In this document: positions 58,663 through 64,000 of the stretch, one piece after another
How the letters are laid out: every line of letters starts with the position of its first letter
Numbering within the stretch: the first letter of the stretch is position 1
Source: Candidatus Hadarchaeota archaeon
GTDB lineage: Archaea > Hadarchaeota > Hadarchaeia > Hadarchaeales > JAGGTB01
Length of the DNA: 64,000 nt
Direction of reading: 5' to 3'
Assembly (NCBI GenBank): GCA_964399085.1
Contig: CAYNPN010000004.1
Coordinates: 15,680 to 79,679, forward strand
The notes under the pieces: generated by a model
What the model was told of the DNA's origin: nothing
The model's input: only the letters and a program-made list of their open reading frames with translations
Database searches by the model: none
Position numbers and translations under genes: made by a program

Positions 58663-60096
58663 TTGAATTACTTTCGGGAGATTGTTATTAGAAAGGAAGA
58701 ATTTGAGTCAGTTTTCTATCCGGATTCTGTAGGTATAGTTGGTGCGTCAAGGGATAAGTCCAAGGCCGGAAATATGTTTTTAGATAGATTGAAATCTTCG
58801 GGGTTTGAAGGAAATATATATCCGATAAATCCGAATGCAGAAGAGATTAATGGAATAAAAGCCTATGAAAGTGTGAAATCTGTTCCCGGATCATTGGACC
58901 ATGTCATTATTTCAATTTCTAGTCAAATAATTCTCGATGTTCTCGATGAGTGTGGTGAAAAGGGAGTCGAAGTGGTTCATATATTTACGGCGGGGTTTTC
59001 CGAAACGGGCGATAAGAATGGTGCAAGTTTAGAAGAAAAAATAATGGAGAAGTCTAATGAGTATGGATTTAGCATTATAGGGCCTAATTGTATAGGTGCG
59101 TTTTGCACCAGATCAAAACTTCCATCGACTTTCACTCAGTTAGGAGAACCAGGATTTGTTTCATTTATTTCGCAAAGCGGTGGGCATGTTGAAAAACTAG
59201 TAATGGATGGATTATCTAGAGGAATAAAATTTAGTAAGGGAATCAGCATTGGAAATGCGTGTGATTTGGATAGTGCGGATTTTTTAGAGTATTTATCTAA
59301 TGATAGTGAGACTCAAATAATAGCCCTCTACTTAGAAGGGGGAAAAAATGGCGAAAGACTATCGGAAGTTCTTCGAGAGACAACCAAACCAGTTGTTGTT
59401 TGGAAAGGAGGTAGAACCCGAGCAGGAGCTAGAGCGGCTTCCTCTCATACTGCTTCCATGAGCGGCTCCGAAGCCGTCTGGAGTGGAGTTTTGAAGCAGA
59501 CCGGGTGTGTAAAGGTTAACAATATTCAGGAATGGTTGGACATGATTTTATCGTTTCAAAGCTTATCCAAAATTGAGGATAATAAGGTAGCGTTAATTGG
59601 AGGGCTTGTGGATGGGGCCGGTGGTAGGAGTGTCGCTGGGAGTGATGCTTGCATCGATGCTGGCTTAAGCTTACCCCGTTTTTCGAAAAAAGTTCAAGTT
59701 GAACTAGAGAATACTATCCCTCAGGCTGGCAGCATAATTAAAAATCCTCTTGATCTAAGTCAGGTGGGAAGAGATTTAGATTCTCTATCAAAAGTTTTGG
59801 ATATCCTGAGTAAGAGTTCGAATATTTCTTTAATTTTGATGAATTTTGACACGTCTATTTTAATAAAATATAGACGGTTTTTAAAATCTTCTATATCCTC
59901 AATAGCCGAGAGACTAATTGATTTCGAAAAATCGGGAAAAAAGCAGTTAGCGGTAGTTTCCCCACCAAATTGTGAAAAAAAGAGAATAGATATAGAGAAC
60001 AGATTAATGGATGCTGGAATCCCTGTTTATCCTACCTTGACTCGAGCCGCTAAGGCGCTGGGAAATATAACCAATTACTGGAAGGAGAGGTACTGA
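58663..60096 (+). CDS. ADP-forming acyl-CoA synthetase alpha subunit (CoA-binding)
   Basis: IVGAS, YPINP, TAGFSE, GPNC, SQSGG, YLEG, SHTASM (phospho-His). Confidence 0.87.
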   Translation: MNYFREIVIRKEEFESVFYPDSVGIVGASRDKSKAGNMFLDRLKSSGFEGNIYPINPNAEEINGIKAYESVKSVPGSLDHVIISISSQIILDVLDECGEKGVEVVHIFTAGFSETGDKNGASLEEKIMEKSNEYGFSIIGPNCIGAFCTRSKLPSTFTQLGEPGFVSFISQSGGHVEKLVMDGLSRGIKFSKGISIGNACDLDSADFLEYLSNDSETQIIALYLEGGKNGERLSEVLRETTKPVVVWKGGRTRAGARAASSHTASMSGSEAVWSGVLKQTGCVKVNNIQEWLDMILSFQSLSKIEDNKVALIGGLVDGAGGRSVAGSDACIDAGLSLPRFSKKVQVELENTIPQAGSIIKNPLDLSQVGRDLDSLSKVLDILSKSSNISLILMNFDTSILIKYRRFLKSSISSIAERLIDFEKSGKKQLAVVSPPNCEKKRIDIENRLMDAGIPVYPTLTRAAKALGNITNYWKERY

Positions 60097-60399
60097 TGGT
60101 ATGCTGATTTCCCGGTCTATTCAGTAGTAGACGCTTCCAAACCATCCAATGGAAGCGTCGGTTGCCTTCCCCAGCCATCGTAGAGCAACGCTCGACTCTC
60201 AAAAATAGCATCAGAAAGAAACAGAAAATAAAATGGAGATGAGAAGGGTTTATGGCCGTATGTGCTGGGTTGGATGCCCAAGAAAAAAGAGGTTAACTTC
60301 ATCGTCGTGGAAAATCCTCCATCTCAATCAAAAATGCAGCGTAAGTACTAAGATTAGTAAATATATTTTTCTTAGGAGGAGAACATAGAAATTATTACA

Positions 60400-60624
60400 T
60401 CATTGAGATTCTTTAAGTTCTATACAATCATTGGGGCAGTACACAATACAACGTCTACATCTAGTGCAGTCAAACAAACTTATATGCGCAACTCCTCCCT
60501 TTAATTCTATTGCACTTCGGTCCGATTCCGATAGCTCGTTTCCTTGGTTTGTGGGGCATATTGAAGAACAAACGCCACAACCAGTACAATTTTCAGTATC
60601 GACCGACACTATATGTGTTGGCAA
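60400..60624 (-). CDS. 2x[4Fe-4S] ferredoxin
   Basis: CTGCGVCSSICP, CTRCRRCIVYCP; GGGAG RBS before TTG. Confidence 0.88.
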   Translation of the reverse strand: MPTHIVSVDTENCTGCGVCSSICPTNQGNELSESDRSAIELKGGVAHISLFDCTRCRRCIVYCPNDCIELKESQ

Positions 60625-61203
60625 TTTTCTCCCTTTCTAATATTTAGAGAGATACTATCTTTTATTATTTATTAATTTGTGCCTTGTTGAGGAATTGGGA
60701 CATAATTCGGCCAGGGGGATGTCAGTCTCATGTTAAAGGGGTTTTGAAATATTGCAGTTGCGAATGAATCGATTTCTCTCTCGTCTTCCTCCCGTTTTGA
60801 TATTTTTCTTCCGATTCTTTCCTTGTCTGCTCCGAAGCAGGTTTCCGAAAGTTCTCGTTTGAAGTAGTCTTTCAGGAAGCCGGAAGAGACCTCCCTGATC
60901 TTGTTCAGGATTTCGTGCTACTCGTACCTGAAGTTGGAGAGATTTTTCTTGAGAAGAACGCATACTTCCAAGTCCTCGCCAGGCTTTTGGATGTCTTTAT
61001 TGTTGCTGTGATATTAAGAATGAATTAATTCTGATGGTATGAAGGAATTCTCCGTGTGGAAAGGGTGCATTAGTTTAGGACGCCTCCAATACCAGTCGGT
61101 GGAGGCGTCAATTTCCACCACCGCCAACGCCTCGCTGCGCTCGGCTCCCAAAAAATCATCATCAAAAAGAAACAAAAAGGAGGACAGGAGGTGAGAACTT
61201 TTT

Positions 61204-62193
61204 ATGACCGAATACGTTGGGTTAGACGTTCATAAGAAGTATTGTCATGCGACGGTGATGGATGAGGGTGGAGAGGTTTTGTTTCAGGAAAACTTCTCTT
61301 CCGCTCCGGAGGGACTTCAAAAGTTGACTGATAGGATTGAGGACAACGCTGAAGTGTCGATAGAAGCCACCCATGCTTGGCAGTATATTTACGAGGAGTT
61401 GGAGGACGAGGTCGGGGATGTGAAGCTCGACCATCCGAAAAGAACTAGGATTATTACCGATGAGAGAATAAAGACCGATGCCAGGGCTTCGGAGGCTTTA
61501 GCCCAACTGACCAGGACGGGTTGGCTTCCGGAGGCTTGGTTTCCGCCCAAGGAGATCGGGATGTTGCAGGAGAAGCTCAGACGAAGGGCTTACCTGGTCT
61601 GGGGGAGGACCGGCTTTAAAAACAAGATAGATGTCGAACTGGATAAGAGAGGGATACGGGAAGATCCTTCCTATAGTGAGGACGGAAAGGAATGGCTCAG
61701 GAGTTTGGATATCGATTCGGTGAATGATTATCTGGCAATAACCGAGGCTTTGAGCGAGCCGATAGATCGGTTGGATAAAGAAATTAGAAGGGAAGCTAGA
61801 AAGGATGGGGATACGAGGTTGGTTATGACGATCCCTGGAATCGGGTTTCTCTGGGGTTTGACGATCACTACCGAAATTAGGAATGTTGAGAGGTTCCCCG
61901 ATCCTGAAAAACTTTGCTCCTACGCTGGCTTGGTTCCATCGACTGAGCAGTCCGGGTCGAAAGAGAAGCATGGTTCGATTACTAAGGAAGGTAACAAGTA
62001 TCTGCGGTGGGCGATGGTTGAGAGTGCGTGGTCTCACTTGCAGCATGGTGAGGATTCGCACCTTATCAGGTTTTTTGAGAGATTGGTCAAGAAAAAGCCT
62101 GACCAGGTAGCGATTGTAGCCATTGCTCGGAAAATGCCCACCGTGATATATTGGATGTTGAAGAGAAAGGAAGAATTCCGCCCTCAAGGTTAA
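61204..62193 (+). CDS. IS110 DEDD recombinase/transposase
   Basis: VGLDVHK, SIEAT, KTDAR, IPGIG, YAGLVPS..QSG, GNKYLR, ARK; GGAGGTGA RBS. Confidence 0.93.
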   Translation: MTEYVGLDVHKKYCHATVMDEGGEVLFQENFSSAPEGLQKLTDRIEDNAEVSIEATHAWQYIYEELEDEVGDVKLDHPKRTRIITDERIKTDARASEALAQLTRTGWLPEAWFPPKEIGMLQEKLRRRAYLVWGRTGFKNKIDVELDKRGIREDPSYSEDGKEWLRSLDIDSVNDYLAITEALSEPIDRLDKEIRREARKDGDTRLVMTIPGIGFLWGLTITTEIRNVERFPDPEKLCSYAGLVPSTEQSGSKEKHGSITKEGNKYLRWAMVESAWSHLQHGEDSHLIRFFERLVKKKPDQVAIVAIARKMPTVIYWMLKRKEEFRPQG

Positions 62194-62199
62194 TCCCTC

Positions 62200-62400
62200 A
62201 AATCATCGTTTCGAGTTAACGGGACAGGGACACCCCGCTTTGGGACATAGATCTAGAACCTGTAATTCTGATTGGGGTCCCGTTGACGGATTCGCCAGAC
62301 TGCGGCTTGACCGCGAATGGGTGTATGTCAAAACAAAGTCCCGGACTGGAACGAAACAAGAAGCAAAAACTAAATCTCTATGCTAGAGTAGAGTAGTCAA
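62200..62400 (+). ncRNA. Predicted bridge/seek RNA of the IS1111-type element (ends approximate)
   Basis: Target loop: AACGGGAC/GTCCCGTT and CCCC/GGGG stems enclosing TTGGGACA and TAATTCTG. Donor loop: TTGAC/GTCAA stem and TGCGG/CCGCG hairpin enclosing ATGGGTG. Confidence 0.78.
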
Positions 62401-62729
62401 TCGTAGGATTTATATACGGAGAATTCCTCATGGGTGTCCCAATCCCCGAGCACCTAAAAAATCTATTCTGGTTACTATCCTAAAATATGAGTTTTTTCAT
62501 CTACTTCACAGGCACCCTCGAAAGATTTTGGATAATATTGAATAATTGGTTCTTTAACTTAGTATCATGGGGTTTCTTGGCAATGTGGTGGTTTAAAGGA
62601 TTTTATATCAAAAAAATATGAAACGCAGAAACATAAAATTCTTTCAAATTCATATAAAGGATTCAATGTGAATAATTACCGAATATTACAGAACATAGCA
62701 CGAAAAAGGCAAAATAATATTAAAGATTA

Positions 62730-63773
62730 GTGAGAATGAACCTTAAATACATGAATTGGAAAAACGAGCTGACCGAACTTTTGGGTTGCGAATATCCAAT
62801 TATGGAAGGAGGACTTAGTGGAGTCGGAACACCAGAGCTAGCGGCCGCGGTCTCAAAAACTGGAGCCGAAGGCTGTTTTACTGCGGCTGTTTCAAAAAAT
62901 CCGGAAAAATTCAGAGAAGATCTCCAAATGCTAAAAGAGGAAGTCGAACACTTTACGGTGAATATATCAATTGGCATGGTTCCTGAGATCGAGGATTTTT
63001 TTGAAGTTTGTATAGAAGAAGGTATTCCAACTTTGGAAACGGCGGTCTATAAACCGGACGAACACATAGAATACATCCACGAACTACAAGAAAATGGTAC
63101 TACTTGGGTTCACAAAGGAGCAACAGCAGAATTTGTAAAACACGCTGAAAAGTTGGGAGCTGATGCTGGAGTAATCGTAGGCCTTGACGGCTATGGATTC
63201 AAAAATGTCAAGCAACTTCCCACCTTTACGGCAACTCCAAGAGCAAAGAAATTGGTAGATATACCATTCGCAAGCGCTGGAGGGATAGGAAGTCCAGAAA
63301 CATTTCTCGGAGCTTTAGCATTGGGCGCCGATGGAATATATATGGGAACGTCTTTCCTAATAACTGAAGAATGCCCGATATCTGAAAAGGTAAAGAAGAA
63401 CATCTTGAAGGCAGATGAAAACCATTTCGATTTAATACGAGAGCTTGTTGCCCCCCCCGATCCAGAAGATTACGAGGAAATAATGGAAGCAAGAGAAGAG
63501 ATGCCGTTAGAAAAATGGATACCTGCTATGGAGAGAGTCCATCTAAAACATGATGACTACGAAGACGTGGAACCGATGTGGGAACAAGCAGATAGTTTGG
63601 ATGAAGATGAGACAGCAGACGAGATACCCTCTCTCGGAGAACGTCCGAAAGGTCCCTATTCCTTTGCTTGTGCATATCTGGACCGAATCGTAACCTGCCA
63701 AGAGCTGATAGATTCACTCGTGGAAGGCGCGGAAGATATTTTGGAAGACTGGTCGAAAAATTTTGGTCTATAA
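62730..63773 (+). CDS. Nitronate monooxygenase / FabK-like FMN enzyme (probable start 62751)
   Basis: LTELLGCEYPIMEGGL, SAGGIG, ALALGADGIYMGT.F..TEE. Confidence 0.82.
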   Translation: MRMNLKYMNWKNELTELLGCEYPIMEGGLSGVGTPELAAAVSKTGAEGCFTAAVSKNPEKFREDLQMLKEEVEHFTVNISIGMVPEIEDFFEVCIEEGIPTLETAVYKPDEHIEYIHELQENGTTWVHKGATAEFVKHAEKLGADAGVIVGLDGYGFKNVKQLPTFTATPRAKKLVDIPFASAGGIGSPETFLGALALGADGIYMGTSFLITEECPISEKVKKNILKADENHFDLIRELVAPPDPEDYEEIMEAREEMPLEKWIPAMERVHLKHDDYEDVEPMWEQADSLDEDETADEIPSLGERPKGPYSFACAYLDRIVTCQELIDSLVEGAEDILEDWSKNFGL

Positions 63774-63796
63774 TAAGTGAGAGTGTCTCTAAGAAA

Positions 63797-64000
63797 ATGA
63801 AAACAAAAATAACTGAGCTACTCGGCATTGATCGACCAATTATCCAAGCATCAATGGCATGGTTGACCAATGCCGAACTTGTGGCAGCAGTTTCCAACTC
63901 TGGTGGTATTGGTACTCTTGGACCAAACGCTGGGGCTGAGGAAATAACTGAGGATCCCCAAGAAGTTGGAGAAAGAATGAGATCGGAGATTAAGAAAACG
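63797..64000 (+). CDS. Second nitronate monooxygenase / FabK-like protein, partial (runs off the window)
   Basis: Hand-translated MKTKITELLGIDRPIIQASMAWLTNAELVAAVSNSGGIGTLG. Confidence 0.82.
   Translation, partial: MKTKITELLGIDRPIIQASMAWLTNAELVAAVSNSGGIGTLGPNAGAEEITEDPQEVGERMRSEIKKT

Larger units (their letters stand above)
61032..62434 (+). mobile_element. IS110-family element, IS1111 type
   Basis: Perfect 13-bp sub-terminal IR AGGAATTCTCCGT (61043-61055 / 62416-62428); TG core at 61032 and 62435; long 3' non-coding region. Confidence 0.9.
60689..62448. mobile_element. Second copy of the ISNCY-like relic; its right TIR is interrupted by the IS110 element
   Basis: Left TIR GAGGAATTGGGACATAATT; 60689-61013 homologous to 33318-33640; right TIR split as AATTC(61031)|TGTCCCAATCCCC(62435). 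Confidence 0.8.

Noticed and set aside
61079..61145. Strong hairpin GACGCCTCCA..TGGAGGCGTC in the IS110 left end as the guide RNA
   Set aside because: No match to target or donor flanks; the matches are all in the 3' non-coding region. Probably regulatory.

Overview
Archaeal DNA (archaeal tRNAs with BHB introns, fwd, thiolase+DUF35, AOR, PGF-pre-PGF protein). The strongly acidic proteins suggest an anaerobic brine/halophilic lineage such as MSBL1/Hadarchaea-like; this assignment is inference. 1-11.5 kb is housekeeping: ABC ATPase, thiolase/DUF35, rhomboid, a tRNA-Tyr/5S/tRNA-Asp cluster, DUF763 and nadXAC. 11.5-16.1 kb is a decayed integrative element at tRNA-Pro with an att-split tyrosine integrase and three periodic repeats. 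19.6-64 kb is an AT-rich, IS-littered catabolic region: acyl-CoA ligases, beta-oxidation enzymes, two AORs, fwdDBAC, and a Mo/W oxidoreductase with HydB/HydG-like partners. Top finding: an IS1111-type IS110 element (61032-62434) whose 3' non-coding region folds like a bridge/seekRNA. It carries two 8-nt guides that exactly match both flanks of its own insertion site, and that site is the terminal inverted repeat of another IS also present in this window. Also notable: two adjacent tRNAs with non-canonical BHB introns (one inside the anticodon) sharing the same 3' end, and an intact Tn5/IS50-like element. All calls are by eye; no searches were run.
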